Source of the DNA: Chara braunii
Taxonomy: Eukaryota > Plantae > Charophyceae
Length of the DNA: 64,000 bases
NCBI GenBank assembly: GCA_003427395.1
Contig: BFEA01000028.1
Location: 1,969,022-2,033,021, forward strand
Reading direction: 5' to 3'
Part shown: positions 48,001-62,382 of the stretch, piece after piece
Layout of the letters: each line of letters starts with the position of its first letter
Position numbering within the stretch: the stretch's first letter is position 1
The notes under the pieces: generated by a model
Database searches by the model: none
The model's input: only the letters and a program-made list of their open reading frames with translations
Told to the model about the DNA's origin: nothing
Position numbers and translations under genes: made by a program

Positions 48001-48276
48001 NNNNNNNNNNNNNNNNNNNNNNNNNNNNNNNNNNNNNNNNNNNNNNNNNNNNNNNNNNNNNNNNNNNNNNNNNNNNNNNNNNNNNNNNNNNNNNNNNNNN
48101 NNNNNNNNNNNNNNNNNNNNNNNNNNNNNNNNNNNNNNNNNNNNNNNNNNNNNNNNNNNNNNNNNNNGGGGCACCCCTGCGGCGGGGGTTCGGGGGTCAA
48201 ACCCCTACCCCGGCTTTGGCCCCGGGGGCCCCCGCGTGACAACCCTGGGCGCAGGCTCAGAAGCTGGTTCGTCACA
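45018..48276 (+). mobile_element. solo LTR (spans N gap)
   Basis: TGTGAC...GTCACA termini; 4-bp TSD TACC at 45014-45017 and 48277-48280; homologous to 2291-6278. Orientation not established. Confidence 0.8.
45232..45765 (-). CDS. unknown 177-aa ORF embedded in LTR
   Basis: ATG start conserved with the 4029 copy; synonymous third-position differences between the copies; no recognisable domain. Confidence 0.5.
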   Translation of the reverse strand: MWTDCLEPTGRRPPASPPRPFPYNEKRTRVCEWDVREAVAKIGGRYYFPPETRCSRFVGAGFVIVDTHFPPYSLLLPFHELIVIPWSAVAPHWPNTLCNDCRRFERYQSKGFHYRVREEDEHKERATRLRPSTSDSELCNERHWDLTRKRDTKYVPVPFHAKRKAMARWEVQRYLLD

Positions 48277-48470
48277 TACCCTTGGTACAAAAACCTAGTT
48301 TGAGCGTCTGGACGTAAAGTTTCATTTCTCTTTGTAGATCACCGGGCAGATAAAGAGTCGCTCTCTCGATTTGTATGCATGTAATGCAATTTGAAAAATG
48401 TCCTTGTGAGGTTAGAAAATTAGACTGCCACATGGTCAGGAAAAAGTCGCGCGATGAGACAAAACAGTTA

Positions 48471-48850
48471 GGGCCTCACCGCACTACTCACCAAATTTGA
48501 TAATGGTTGGCGAGTGCTCACCAACGCAGTGAAGCCTCAAAACCTCACCAAACCCAGGCCTTGTCGCACCACCTCACCAAACTTGTGTTTTGAAGCAATC
48601 ATGTCTCAACGAACCCGCTAAAGACAAAGAAAAAGAACAAAACTTATGTCCAGACTAGCAGTTTGGACGGGTGGAAACCTCACCAAACTCACACGTGCCC
48701 AAAAGCTCCTACCAAATGGATGAATTACAGGCGGGGAGGTTGTCCGTTTTTGGTGAGATCACTCACCAAGTGAAATCTGCACGAATTCGGACTACTTTCT
48801 CACCAGGGGAAAATTCTTTTGGACTTTGGGCGTGGCTGCACTACTCTCCA
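48471..48850. mobile_element. Harbinger-MITE-related left end
   Basis: TTA|GGGCCTCACCGCACTACTCACCAAA, homologous to 13891-14000; right TIR not identified. Confidence 0.5.
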
Positions 48851-50339
48851 GATGCACAAAAGAGAAAAAAGATGGATGTCAGGCGGCTCCAGCCTTACAC
48901 CGCCCTTTACTTCCGTGAGGAAAGCACTTGGCGGAAACCAGATCTAACTGCCATGGCTGACTTGGCCACGAGCATCATCAAAGAACTGCGAGATCAGAAC
49001 CACGCGAGGGGTTTCAGGGCTGAGACGTCAGGAAAGTGGGGCCCAATTATCTGAGTCAGCCTTTTTCTATGAACACTATAAAAACCTATCGTTGGCAAAA
49101 CATAGAACCATGGCGACAACAGGGGAGGTGTCGGAAGTGTCGGCTAAGTAACAAGAGCGAGAGACCCGAACTCGCACTAGGGCGAAGCGGTGTGCGTGAC
49201 TAGAGAGGGTACGCGAATCTTAGGCGGACTAAGAGTTGGACCCCACAGGAAAAAGAATGGAAAAAACGTCCGGCCAAAAAAAACGGGCAAAGAATTTTGG
49301 AAAGTTGGAAAGCAGTTCCGCGGGGACCCCACCGCGAAGGACCAAATGCGCCGTGGAAATCCTTTGGGAATCAGTTGAGCCAATCATTTGTTCTGTTCTT
49401 GTTTTCTTTGGGTTTTTTTTTTTTTTTTGTGTGGCACTCTTGGTCGCTATTGGCTGCTGCCTCCCTTGAGACTTTTCCAAGACCTTTCCAGGAACGACAC
49501 GCCCTCCCCACTACCCTCCAGAGTTGGCACAAAATTGCGGCGAGGAATCCTCCCGTGAGACCTTTCCAGGCTGCGGATTATTTGAAAATAGAAAACTACG
49601 TTTCTCCAAGTAGCAATCTTTGGTCTATGGGGTCCGGGAAAACGGTTTGCGGGTCCGTGGACATCTGCCTCAGGCTGTGGGGTCCTGAAAGCAGTTTTGC
49701 GGCAAAGTTTTTCCTTTCCGCGGCCCTGTGGGGTCCAACTCTAAGGGGCGACAACACGTGTAGATCACTGCAGGCCCAAGAAAGAAGGAAACTGTTGCGC
49801 GGGCATTTAAGAGGCCTTGACATTTAGGTCGTAAGTGAAACCAAAGGGAAGCCTCCGGGCCTAAGGCTGAGGGTGGGGTCCTTAGGCCATAAATTTAATA
49901 TTTCTATGTACTGGGCCCTGCGAATTTTTGTGGGGCCTTGTTACTTTTCGCGTGGGGACCACTAGGGCCTGGACAGGCCCGGACATAGGTTCAGAAAGAG
50001 CCCCGGTACCAGGGCGTTGCAAAAGGCCTGGTACCCAACAAAAAGGCCCCCTTGGCAAAAAACCTTTCAGGGCCCCAAATGGGCCCGGGCGTAGGTTCGA
50101 AAAGAGTCCTGGTACCAGTATGCTACAAACTTGTCGGCGGTCTTGAGGCATCCGCGTGTTGAGGCCCACTCTGAGATGGGGCCGACAAACTATATAAGCC
50201 CAACCGGGCCCGGGATCGGGACACTTTCGGACTTGCGCACATGTTGGCCTTCCTGCGCACGAGGATCAGTAAAAGGGACTTCACGCACGTTCACGTTAGC
50301 GGATGGGTACATTGCGCACCGAAAGGGCATAGTCGCGAG

Positions 50340-51008
50340 GGACTCTTGCGCACTAACAAGCGAACCAGGCAGACATCACGCGTACTAGCGCAGAAGAGGC
50401 GGACATCACGCACACTAGAGCGCAGAGGAGGCAGGCATCTCACAGACATTAGCGCATATACCAGGCGGACATCTTGCGAAGCACTCACGCACTAGCGCAT
50501 ACATCAGGCAGACATCGCGCGCACTAACGCACGAACTAGGAGGACATCTCGTGTACTAGAGCGCGAATTAGGCGGGGAAGAGTGCACACGATAATCAAGA
50601 TCATCATCCTTATCCTCATCATCATCGTTATCATCATCGGGAAACTTGTGCACTCGCGCGCTGATTAAGGGAAAGAAGATGCGTAGCCGCGCGCTGCTCA
50701 TGCGGAAAATCGTGCACAGCCGCGCGATCATCAAGATCATCATCATCATCATCATCATCATCATCGTTATCATCATCGGGAAATGCGCCCACTCGCCCAC
50801 TAATCAAGGGAAAGAAGGTGCGTAGCCACGCACTGCTTAGGCGGAAGATCGCGTGTAGCCGCGCGATCATCAAGATCATCATCATCATCACCATCATCAC
50901 CATCATCACCATCATCATCATCATCATCGTTATGATTAAGGGAAAGACGGTGCCCAACCGCTCACTACTCAGGCGGAAGATCGCGCACAATCGCGCAATC
51001 ATCAAGAG

Positions 51009-51053
<45 letters not shown>

Positions 51054-52080
51054 TATCATCATCGGGAAACGCCCGCACTTGTGCGCCGATCAAAGGAAAG
51101 AAGGTGCGCAGCCACGCACTGATCAGGCAAAAGATCGTGTGCAGCCGAGTTTGGGTCATCATCATCATCATCATTTCCGGCGGGAAATAGTGTAGGCAAC
51201 CATGCGCGTCCAAGAGGATTGTCACCATCATCATCAACAACGTTAGAAGAGTGCACACACGAGCGCTCAAACCCCGCACACAATTAGAGCACGCGCGTGC
51301 GGGCGCGCATGAGTGTGGAGCCTCCTCGCACGGTTGGGATACCTGCGCGCACGGGCGCAAAGCGGCGCACGATCGGAGCACTCACGCACGGGCACGCTTC
51401 AGCGTGCAGCCCCCTCGTACAACCAGTGACGCATGCACGGGCCCACATTAGAGCGAGCATGATCGAGGGCGCGCAGCGGCGCATGACCTTGCGCCCTGTT
51501 AGAGGAACCAAAGGGCGCGCAGTCCCGCACAACAGACGCTCACACACGCGCGACCCAACGGGCAGGCTGGGACACTGGGACGCGAACTAGGACTACGGGG
51601 TTCCCGACACAGACTGGCTTTGACAGGACTTTGGTTGAGACTTCGGCGGGGCATGACTTTGGCCAGGACATGTATCGGGACTCGGTCGGGACACACTCCG
51701 GAACTTTGTTCGGAACACGAGCAGGGACTTTATTGACTAGGGACTACGGGTCTGAGCTGGAACTTTAATTGACCAACGACTACGCGTCTGAGATTGCACT
51801 TTATTGACCAGGGACTACAAGACTTTGCGAACTTTGACCAGGGCACGTACCGGAACTCAATCGGGACACGGTTTGTGGCTTTGTTTGGGGCACGCACGGG
51901 CCTTTTTATCGGGCGGGACTACAGGACTGTAACCGGGACTACGGGACTTTGAACGAGACACGGGACGTGACTTTGTTGGCTGGGACTTAAAACGGGACTC
52001 GGTGCGGACACTTAACCCGAAGCTACGGTTGGCCAGAACTTCAACCAACGTACGACAAGGAACTTTCAGACGCAGGGGAC
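50340..52080. repeat. composite tandem-repeat tract: ~30-bp GCACTA..GGCRGACATC units, >100-bp units with (ATC)n, then GGGACT-rich units
   Basis: Direct reading; the region ends ...GGGGGACGGTGACA (52146), possibly an LTR-like terminus. Confidence 0.75.
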
Positions 52081-52149
52081 TGGCGAGGATGCATTTCACA
52101 AGTTATCCTCGACCCGAGGCCTAACCCTCCAAGGGGGACGGTGACAGGG

Positions 52150-52346
52150 CACGAAGGCATGGTAAAGCTAGACGTCGAGCTATGGCCTCAATTGGCCCGC
52201 GAGTCTACCTCAGACACTGAGAGCTCCAGCACGGTGCCGTGGGACCAGCGAGCCCGATACCGGTGACATCCAATAGGGAGGAGAATACGTCGTAGGTTGT
52301 CCCCGGTTCCCAGCACGTGCTTCTCCCTACGAATAGACTGGAGCAT

Positions 52347-52382
<36 letters not shown>
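52150..52382 (+). mobile_element. retroposon 3' end with variant pseudoknot motif and poly(A)
   Basis: CGTG-CT-TCTCC-CTACG-AATAGACT-GGAGC at 52316-52344; A-run 52354-52382; 5' boundary unknown. Confidence 0.55.
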
Positions 52383-52384
<2 letters not shown>

Positions 52385-53603
52385 TTTGTCTGTTCGGTCG
52401 GTTCGGACGTAGACCGATTTTCCTGACATGGACATTGAAACCGTTTCCAGGACCGGATGCAGCACGTTAGATCTTTATTGAAGTTTATTCTGATTTTCAT
52501 GGTCTGTTCGTATTTCATTTTTGTTGTCGAGATGGACAAAACATCTCTACAGGTTGCAGGAGCCCCGACCGACCCTCCCGTGGGTGACAAACACGGTTGA
52601 GTTACAAGGGTCGATCAGCGTGCCGGCAGAACCGACCAACCGGTTGACACAATGAATGTGGGAATATGAAGTCGAATCTTTGCACGCACAAACAAGTGTT
52701 TACATCTGTTTTCATTTTTTGTGACTGTGGTATGATGTGTCCTTAAAAGGGGTTTTCATTTGTTGTTGTATGACATGGGTTCTGAGTTTTTCGATGCATA
52801 GAGTAGAGTATTACTCTATTGATAGCACATGTAAAGATTGTTTTATCGAGTAGGGAGTTGGGACTGTGGGGTGTGGTGATGGATGTGTATAGTGTATGAG
52901 TAGTTGCTTACCAACGACAACCTTTATGGTCCGATGATGGAACGTTCGCCAGGTTGCAATGAGGAAGGTGTAGGCACTATAAGGGATCGATGTACAAACG
53001 TGCGGCGGTTTGAAGTTTTTCTGCCATGACAATTCAGACAATATATTTCACGAGATATTCATGTATATGTTTTTTTGGTCTTGAGCATGTCTGAGTTTTC
53101 TACTGATAAGCCGAATGATGTGCCGTTTTACAATCTCGTTACTGACCAAACGAGACATTGCCTGGATGAATTGTGGCTATCTAAAAATGCTCACTAAAGG
53201 AGCCTTCAAAGTTCAAACACATGGGTGACATAAATTCTTCAGTGAAATTCATGCATCATTTTTTGGCCCGAGTTACTTTATAGTGAGAACACTAGGAAAG
53301 TTGCGAATGATGAGCGGCCCCAGGTAGGGGTTACAAAATTCCGAGTGCCCCCCCTTGGAGACTTATCGCTCTTATCTAATCCACCAAAAAAATCTGAGAA
53401 CATTCATGGATGTAGGGTACATGCCGCTGTATAAGGATAAGATGTTAGAACAAAAAGAAAAAAGAAAAACGTTTGTCCGTCAGAACAATTCTGCCACTGC
53501 CAGGCCCGACCCCCACAACGGTTCGGTAGTCCACGGGTGTGCAACATCAAGCATCAGGAAAATGAGGCTAGCTTTCTCAACTATAAATGCTCAGCCTAAA
53601 ATC

Positions 53604-54077
53604 CTTTTTTTTTTTTTTTTTTTTATTGACCTTGAATACATCAAGAGAACAATTGTGGGGTATTCCTGCCGGCATTGATTCCCTGGGATCCAGGGGATTG
53701 ACTGAGCAGGATGTAGGGAGGAAGGGGGAACCTCTTCACCCTGAATTAGGCGCCCAACATGTCACTACACACTAGTTCCTCCCTTCCCCTACGCCTTATT
53801 GGATCCATGCTAGCTGGAAATCGGGTCCATCGTCCCATAACCTGCCTGGGTGCCATGAAGAAGAAACGGAAGGGGCCACTGGGGGGCACCAGTGGAAATT
53901 CCCTTCGTCTCTCTTTTAGCACTTGACACTCCCTTATTCTAACATCGATCCAACATAGATCACTCAGACTGCCAGCCTTGACTACCCCACTCCAAATGAA
54001 AAAACGCCAGCAAAACAAGAAATATATGTTAGCGGAGTCATCCCAGTGGGCTCCGAATATGTATATGTATGTCATAG

Positions 54078-54118
<41 letters not shown>

Positions 54119-57100
54119 GCAGGTATGAATAATCAAGACAAGATCTCTGTCAGGGAAAGGGCGTGAGGTGGGAAGGGGTCTGGGAAGTCCGAGGGAGGGC
54201 GTAGTGGGAACGAGGGTTCGATGTTTGTCCAGTATTTAAAAACAAGGCGGTAGTCTCTCATTTCGTCCAAATCACGTTATCCCTCTCCCACGTCTCCCCT
54301 GTCTGCACTCCATTCCACTTTTGCAATCCATCCTTCTCTCTCCCCTCCTACCCAATCTGTGCAAAAGGCTGTAATATGTCTCTTAACATCCCCAACTTGT
54401 CTAAAGAGGTCTAATTGCGTTTTTGTGTCTGACCATCTTTGTGTGAGTTCGAGGTGCACGTGCTGCTGAATCTGTTTTGTGATCTCTGACCCTTCTACTC
54501 TCACCTTCTCCATTGCCATGGTGCACCTCTGCCACCGGAGTGCCCATATCCCCGCCCTCCTTCCCAGTCTGTACATATTCTCTACGAAAGTCCTTGCTGC
54601 TCCTACCGGCAGCCGATGGCTGGCCAATATGGCTTGCCATGACCACAACCAGGGAATGTCAGACTCCATCTTCCTCCATATGCGGTCCCACCATCTCCAT
54701 ATGAATAGGGCGATCGGGCATTGAATGAAAATATGTTCGATGGTCTCCGCCTTCTTGTGAAAGGGAAAACGACTCCGGCACCGCTGACACCATGGAAGTA
54801 GCAGACCTCTTTGTTCTAAGTTGGTGCGGTCAGACAACCAGTCATTGGTTGGCAACCAGTGATGGGCAATCTACCACTGTAGGGAGGTAATTTTCATGGG
54901 TTTAGATTTTTGTTCCTTGAACCATTGAATCGATGTCTGGAGGATGCGGTCCACATTTAGGTGTCGGGCCCATCGGTCATTGACGGTGTCCCTCAGGCGC
55001 CGTCTAGGCCTAAGCATTTTATAGGCTGATTTGACCGACAGTTGATGCTGGCTTATGTGGCCGTCTTTAGGGTCTGTCCATGTCCACCCTACTAGATCCA
55101 GAGGCAGGCGCTAGATTGGCTTGAAAGGCTGGAACGCCACCCTTTGTCCCTTCTCTTCTATAACTCTCACTCCGTACACAAATGTCGTTTCTTACCATTC
55201 GAATGGGGGCTCTATTCCCTTGGAGAGTGCCTGTTCTGGTAATAGTCTAGTATTCGACCAGGACCGTTTGGAGGGAAATCATATAGATCTGACCCATTCT
55301 CGGCGGAGTCTCCGTACTTGCTACCCAATCGCCTACTCGCAAAGTGGGGCCTTGTTTAAGAGTTCGGTACCACGCCAATGGGATGGCTTCGATCAGGTTA
55401 TCCAAAAGTTCCTCTACGTGGTGGCAGTGCCGCAAGGTTTCCCGCAACTGAGCTCTTGTAACCCAGTCTTGTCTATCGTTGTCCCAAACATCCCCAACCT
55501 TAAGCACCCGTCGTTTAGCCCAGCTCTTCCAGGGCAGGGATGAACGTATCATGACGCAGCCTCTCTGGTCTGTCACCCATCGGTTTCCAAAAAGGGGTTG
55601 TCGGTAAACCTCCCAGCGGATGGGGTGGGTCCTGTCTGGGAGTGAAAGTTTACGCCAGGTTTCTAGCAAAGATGACCAAAAATTGTCCATCGCTTGACCA
55701 CCGTGATCCAGCCTCTCCATTCCTTGAGGGAGCTTACGTGGGATCGTCCAGAAACGGCCCTCCAACCATGTCAAAGGGTGGGTCATTTGGGGAGTTGTCG
55801 GGGCTAGTCGGGTCACGTGTTCTAGAGCTAAAACACACCATGGGCTTGGGGGCGAAAATTAGCTTTTTAATCAATTTTAATCTTACTGCTTGCATCTACG
55901 TGGCTGGGTCAATTATTCCCAGGCCTTCCCTCGCCTTAGGTTGAATGATTAAATTTTATGCCACTCGGCTAATTACGTTGCTTTGTTCGTCGTCCCCCCT
56001 CCATAGAAAGGTCATTGCCTTTTTTCTTAGACTCCTCAGTGACCATAATAGGGACTTGTACCATAGTGTTGCAAAGATCACATTGTTGACTACTAGTGCG
56101 CGGCCGAACAGGGATGTGTGCTTGTTCCTCCAATTGTTTAGTTTTTGCTGAGCTGGGGTAATGATCCAGTCGTCATTGGTTGGCAGGCGTCCCTCAGTAG
56201 TCATGCATATCCCTAGGATTCTTATAGGGGTCTCTAGCGGCATCCATGTGATGTGTGGTAACTTTGGGGGGCGTCCCCCTTGGTAATGAATCCACCATCC
56301 TTGTGTCTTGCTCCCCCAATTGACTGTCATGTCGGACACCTTGACAAACTTTTCCATTTCCTCCATGTTGCGGTGTATGGCCTCTGCCATGATTGTGAGA
56401 TCGTCCGCGAACATGGAGCAAACCGGGATTGTGTCCTCTCGAATGTGTGTGACTCGGATTCTGGTGATGTTTTTGTTTGTCCGATGGTTTGCAGCAAGTG
56501 CCTCCATAATGAGCAGGAAAAGAAAGAGGGCGATTGGGTCCTCTTGACGGACCGAACGCTCCAGGCGGAAGAGCGGTGTCAGACATCCATTGACTTGGAC
56601 GCAGATAGTCGCATTTTGGTGTAGAATTTATATCCAACTCCTGAAGTGTGGCCCAAAATTCATTTTTTTCCAGACATTTGTCTAGAAACAACCAGTCCAC
56701 ATGGTCATAGGCCTTTTCGAAGTCGATGAAAATCAAGCCAGCGTTTTGACGAGAATGTCTCGTAAGATGAAGTATCTCATGGATTAAAAGGATATTCTCT
56801 TATATGTTTCGATTCTTCATGAAACCAGTCTGAGAGGGATGAATAATGTCTTCCATTACCGGGATCATTCTGTTCGCTAAGGCTTTGGACAACATTTTGT
56901 ATACTGCTGTGAGGAGTGTGATTGGCCGGTAATTTCTAATATACATTTTGTCCCCTTTTTTATATAAAAGGGTGAGTATCCCTTGCCCCACCTTTTCCCC
57001 CATCTTCCCTGTGAGTCGTACTTTCCGTAGAAGTCCATAACATCCAGGCTAAAAAATTCCCATGTGGTTTCCCAAAATTCCTTGGGGAAACCATCGATCT

Positions 57101-60100
57101 CAGGTGCCTTCTCCTCCTTCATTTGCAGGAGGGCGGTCCAAATTTCCTGTTTAAAGAGTGGGGCCTCCAAAGATACACGCTGCTTTGGTGCTAGTGTTTT
57201 GTCTAATGGTTCCAAAAAATTCATTATTAGGCGATCATGGTGTGACGCATCCGACCTGTCCACGTGCGAAGAAAAGAGGTCTTTATAGAAATTGTATATT
57301 ATCATAGTACATCGGGCCGTGGTCACGGCCGGGGCTGATTCCTTGGCTTTCAGTTCGTAAAGTGCTTCGATCAAGGTTCTTTTAATGCGTGTTCTGGCCA
57401 AGCTGAAGAAGTAAGAATCCCTCGCTCCTCCAGAAGAGAATTTGGATAGCCTTGCCCTTGTTTGAGCTCCCTGCCATTGATACTGTACGTGCTTCAATAG
57501 TTGGGCCTTCAGGTCCTATATGTGAGTGTGTAGTTCAGAGGTCCTTGGTTCCTTCCCTAGCGAGTTTTGCTTTTGTTTTGCATCTACGAGGTTTTGCATA
57601 ATCGTGATTTCTTTCTGGTGTCGCTGTGTGGCTAAATATTTGGAGTATTCATTACATTTTTTGGCCATAAAGAAAAGTCCGTTGTTAAACCATGTGATTT
57701 GAGAGTCTTGTTGAGGGCGGTGATCTTTCCAGAAGTCTCAGGCCTGCTGCAGATAATTCTGGAAGGATTTGGACCGAAGTAGGGACGTATTGAGTTTATA
57801 GTAGTTGACCCCCTGGTCTGACCATTTGCGAAAAGTCCAAACTGCCATACACATTCTGTGGTCCATACCTGGATATGGGCTGGTCAATAGTATTGCTGCC
57901 ACCGTGAGCCCCCCTTCCAGCTCTTCTGATGTCAGGGTTAAATCATTTCAGGATTTAGACAGTCTGGCGGGGTCATTGTTTTGAATACAGGTACAAGCCC
58001 TCTAAGTCGGGTAGCTACGCCTAAAGGTCTCGAAAAGCGAGAGGGGAGCGCACAGATCTCTCAGCATTCGTTCGTCCACCTCTGTGTTGTGTGCTGTAGT
58101 GGGGTGGACTTTCCATTGGTCTAGCCATCTATCCGGTGCGGCATTGAAGTCTCCTGCTATAATAATCGGGATACCAAGGGTGGGGATTGTTTCGACTTTT
58201 TCGAAGAAGGTCCTGCTTTCAAGGGTTGTGTTAGGGGCATATAAGGACACAATGCATACCACTTCTAGTTGGGCCAAGCTTGCATGTGTGCCCTGTGGTG
58301 CTCTAGTGTGTCCATGAGGTGGGTTTCCTGAACGCAAACTACGTCCGGCCATGATCTTTCCCCCACCCCCCGCATTAAGTCCCACAACGCTTTGTTCTTT
58401 TCCAGATTACGGGACACTAGGTCATTTACATTTATCGATCTAATATCCAAATCAGCCTGCTGGAGGGTGTGTTTCCATTTTTTGTTTCTACCATTTACAA
58501 CTTCTACCCAGTCCATCGTGGTGTGTGCGCCCCTTCGCCCTCCCTTTCCTTATCTGTTTTGCAGCGAGGACCATTCTTGTGTTTCCTAGTCCACCCCCTT
58601 GTTGAAAATATTCTTTTTCAGTATCGTGCATATACATGTGAGTAGATCATCGGCCGACCAAATGTTACTAGGTTTAATTTTCAGTTGTTGGGTATGTGGA
58701 AGTGTGTTGTGTGTGTGCCATTATAACCCTGCCTCCTTGTTGTCTTCGAATCATACGTAGAGATCCTTATACGCCATCTTCAGGTTCTCTGATGACACAC
58801 TAATGGTGACCATCGCCTTGAGTTCGTAATGGTTTGTTATAAAGTCTGTGACCTCGTGGACCCGTAAAGCCCCTTCCCTTTGTATGTGCCAACCATGCAT
58901 GTCATCCCTTCGTAGGAAGGGGCATATGGGTCCTCTGGTTCAGCATGTGACAGGCCTAGTTCCCATTTACCCGTTTTTCTCCTGATCGGAAGCACCAGCA
59001 CTTTGTTCCCTTCTGGTAGACTTTTGTGGTACAGCCCCATCTCAATGAGCTGGCATAGTTTTGACCGCTTGGAGGGCTCTGCGGTCCCGCCCTTTCCTTG
59101 TTCGGTTTGGTCAGACGGCTGATCAGGGGTGTGTGGAGGAGGCTTATCCGTGCGGCCCACATTTACTGTTCCCTCAGATGGGTCTGGCGTTCCTATCGTT
59201 ACAGGAGGTTGGAACTTTCTATGGACGATGTTCCAGATTCTGCACAGCATCTGTTGCCAATCCGTTTTCGGGGATAGGTCCTACCCAAATGCTTGTTTCA
59301 AGTTGTGACTCTCATCCAGTAAGGCAAACAGTTGTACGTAAGCCTCGTCCTAATATGACTCTGTTTGGCCTATGCATAGTGCCTGGAGTTGGCCAATTAA
59401 CCAATCCGCTAGGCCCCTTAGCTTGGTCTCAACATCCTCTTCCCCTTGTGATCCCCAAGCCTCGGGAGTACTGTCCGTCATTTCCTCATCTGAGGGGACC
59501 GCTGGTGGCTCCCAATCCATTGGTTGGGGTCTGAAAGCCTGAATGAAGGGATCCGTTTTGGGGGGAGTTTCTTCCGGGATCAGAGACCTTTGAGAATGGT
59601 CTGTTTGAAGAGGGGGTTCTTCAGGGGTCTTAAACCCTTGGGAAGCTCCAATGTTGCTGCCTTCCTCGAGGCATGTTGCCTGGTCACCTTTGAGGGTATT
59701 TTGGTCCATAGCCCCTTTTCCTTGGTCCTTTATTTTCTCCCCCATGTACCGTTATGCCCCTTTCTTTTTCCTTTTCCCCTTCCCCTCCCTCTCCGCCTCC
59801 CTCTCCCCCCTGTTCATTGTTGCCTCCAACGGGATCCTCCAATCTCTCTTGTCTTTTGTCTTTCCGTCCCTCTCCGGTTTGCTTGTTCTGCTCGTTCTGG
59901 CCCACTTTCCCTGGCTGCTGCCCGGTTGCTTGTTTGTCCCTTGTTTCTGTCATGCTTGCTATGGACTGGAATCTATTGTCTAATTTTCCGGGGCTGATTT
60001 GTTCGTTTTAGCTCTCTATTTTACCGGGTTTGCCTGAGTGTGTTTTTTTCTCTTGAGCCGGGGATTGCCAAATCTCTCGTTCTGACGAGGTGATGTAGTC

Positions 60101-62010
60101 TTGAGGCCTGGGCTTTGTTCGGGGATGAATCCCTGCAGCTTTTGACCTACTCAATTGCTTGTGGGTCAGCAGACCTTTTTCTTTGGGGGGGGGGTGAGAG
60201 TTAACAGTCTCCTCCATTTGTGCTTTCACTGATTTAGGAGGGATCCATTGGTCTGGTGGTTTGGTATTCCAATCCGCTGTTTCCCCTTTTTCCCATTCTC
60301 ACCCTCTCACCCCTCCTCCTTCTTGGGGTTCATCCACGTAGACCCATCCTTCATGTCCTGCGTCGACAGTTCTCCACCAAGTGTCCTTGAAGGGATCGCG
60401 TAACAAGCGTCCTGTAGATCTGATCCTTTTTGCCGGGTGGTGGAAACAGTCGGATTCTGACGGGAGGTGGCCATATGCCTGGTATTTAAAACACCAAGGC
60501 CTTGTTTTATGTGCTGTGTGAATTCTGAATTCTCTTCCTCCTACTCGAAAAGGGATCACATCATCAATGAAAAAAATATGACCGTTGGGTAGGTCCAAGG
60601 CCACCACAAGGTAATCGTCCCTTGGGGCCACGTGCGGGAAGAGGGGGTCAATAAAATCAACAATCTCATATTTTTGAGCGCGTTATTGCACGAAAGCCCC
60701 TTGAATTTCTATGGGCACGTGGCGGAACTCAACCCAATAGTGATCCATCATTAGTTGGTCTCGCTTCTCCTCTGACCTTTGTTGTTTTGGGGGGGATCAA
60801 GGGAAGATCCAAACCTTCGAGTGCCCGCAGGGTATGCTCCGTCATGTGTCCATAATCCGCTTATCGGAATCAAACATACAAATTATCGTGAATACCGTTG
60901 ATGAGATAGGTTGGATTAGGAAGAAGTCTCGTGCATCCTCCTCTGATCCCTTGAGAGTTGTGAGTCTCTTCCTGATCCACCATACCTTATCGTTGGCAGA
61001 TTTATATGCCGCGTCGTCGTAGAAAACCCACGTGCTTGCATGGCCGGTATATACTGCGTCCCTTTCGTTGATTGCGTCAATCAAAATGACTTTTACCCTG
61101 TGTTTTTTTCCCCCTTGGCTGATTATTTTGTCTTCGGGGTTGGCCAGGAATTTTGCAAGAAAAAAGGCAGTAAGTCGTGGTCAGGTTATCCAATGGGATT
61201 TCTAGGTTTCCTTCCCCTTCTCCATTTCTTTCGACTGACAAAGTTTGACCTGAGTACATTTTCTTAAGCTTGTCCGCCCACGAAGAATGAGACCCCTGAG
61301 GGCGCCTCTTTTGGACTTCTTCCCCCTTCTGTAGGTCCCTCATCTCCTTTAGTGGTTCTGCTGGAGAAGGGGGGGATCGAGACCGTGGTCTTTCTGTGTG
61401 ATCTGTAAAGGGAGACTGTGAGGAGGAGGCCTTTTCCATGGTCCCCACTTCCATCCTCTATTTCCCACTCCGGGGCAGCCAGTTAGTCGAGTGGTGGCCC
61501 ATGGCACCCTGATACCAAATCGTCTGAGACCGTCCTTTTCCTTTTCTTCTTCTCGCCTCGTTTGTCAGGCTCGCCATACTGCCTTTTTATGTGGGGGTGT
61601 CTTGTTCGGGAGTGGTTAAGGGGTGTCGCAGCCTATTCTTTTCCGGGTGGGATGAGGAGGGGGGAGCTTTGAGGGATTAGCCTCAGAGGTATTTGAAGAG
61701 AAGGAGTGGGAGGGGGATATAGGGATCGTGGACAGGGGGGGATTGCCACTAATCGGGATTGGGGAAGTGTGCCACGAGGATCCCTGCATATTACGGTTGG
61801 GATCGGGGCGGTCCAATGACTGGGAGGCTTAACGAGTGGAGTAGTGGGTGGGGCTGACAGGGAACAGAGAGGTGCGGGTCAGGGGGCGGCGAAGCAGGGG
61901 GGCGAGGGAATGTGAGTCGAGAGGGTTAGGAGAGCAGGGAAGCGCGTGGTCGAAGGAGGTCACTCTCCCCGGGTTAGTACTTTGAAACCTCCTTCAGCAA
62001 ATCGACCCTT
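53604..62010 (-). mobile_element. degenerate near-full-length L1/Tx1-type LINE, same broad family as the 28.7-35.2 kb copy
   Basis: ORF1 remnants with knuckle-like WCFKYQAYGHLPSESDC; EN (SINVND, VCVQETH, SLYAPN, AGDFNA); RT (LLYKKGDK, NYRPITLL, FIDFEKAYD, MFADD); C-terminal PTND..CQRC..ETIEHIFIQC; T-run 53604-53624. 5' boundary approximate. Confidence 0.92.
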
Positions 62011-62182
62011 CTCTCTCTCTCTCTCTCTGCACGCCGAAAAAAAAACGAGCCGGCACGGGTCGCAATTTGGCTGGTGCCACCAGCCATTTCGGTCCGGTAG
62101 CACCGAACCCCGCGGGCCTCCCACGTTACCCGGCACATCTTAGCGAAATTTCTGGGAAAGGTACTGGTGGTTTAAAGTTTAA

Positions 62183-62382
62183 ACCACCAGTACTTGGCCC
62201 AGCTATGATGCTGAGCCAGGCAACCCCCTGCGCGCCAAGTTTTACCAAGCCGCCGTGGCGCCGTTTCATTTTCTTTTTGGCTGGTGCTTCCAGCCATTGC
62301 GGTCCAGTAGCTCGACGCCCGCAGGTCGCGGCACGTTAACGTGAAACATCTGCGGCCGATGTACGGGCCAAGTACTGGTGGT
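62183..62382. mobile_element. 200-bp MITE of the TTAA-target family
   Basis: TTAA|ACCACCAGTACTTGGCCC ... GGGCCAAGTACTGGTGGT|TCAA; another right end of the family at 62161-62171. Confidence 0.8.

Noticed and set aside
50504-51381. Poly-Met/Ile/Asp/His ORFs
   Set aside because: Translations of (ATC)n microsatellites.
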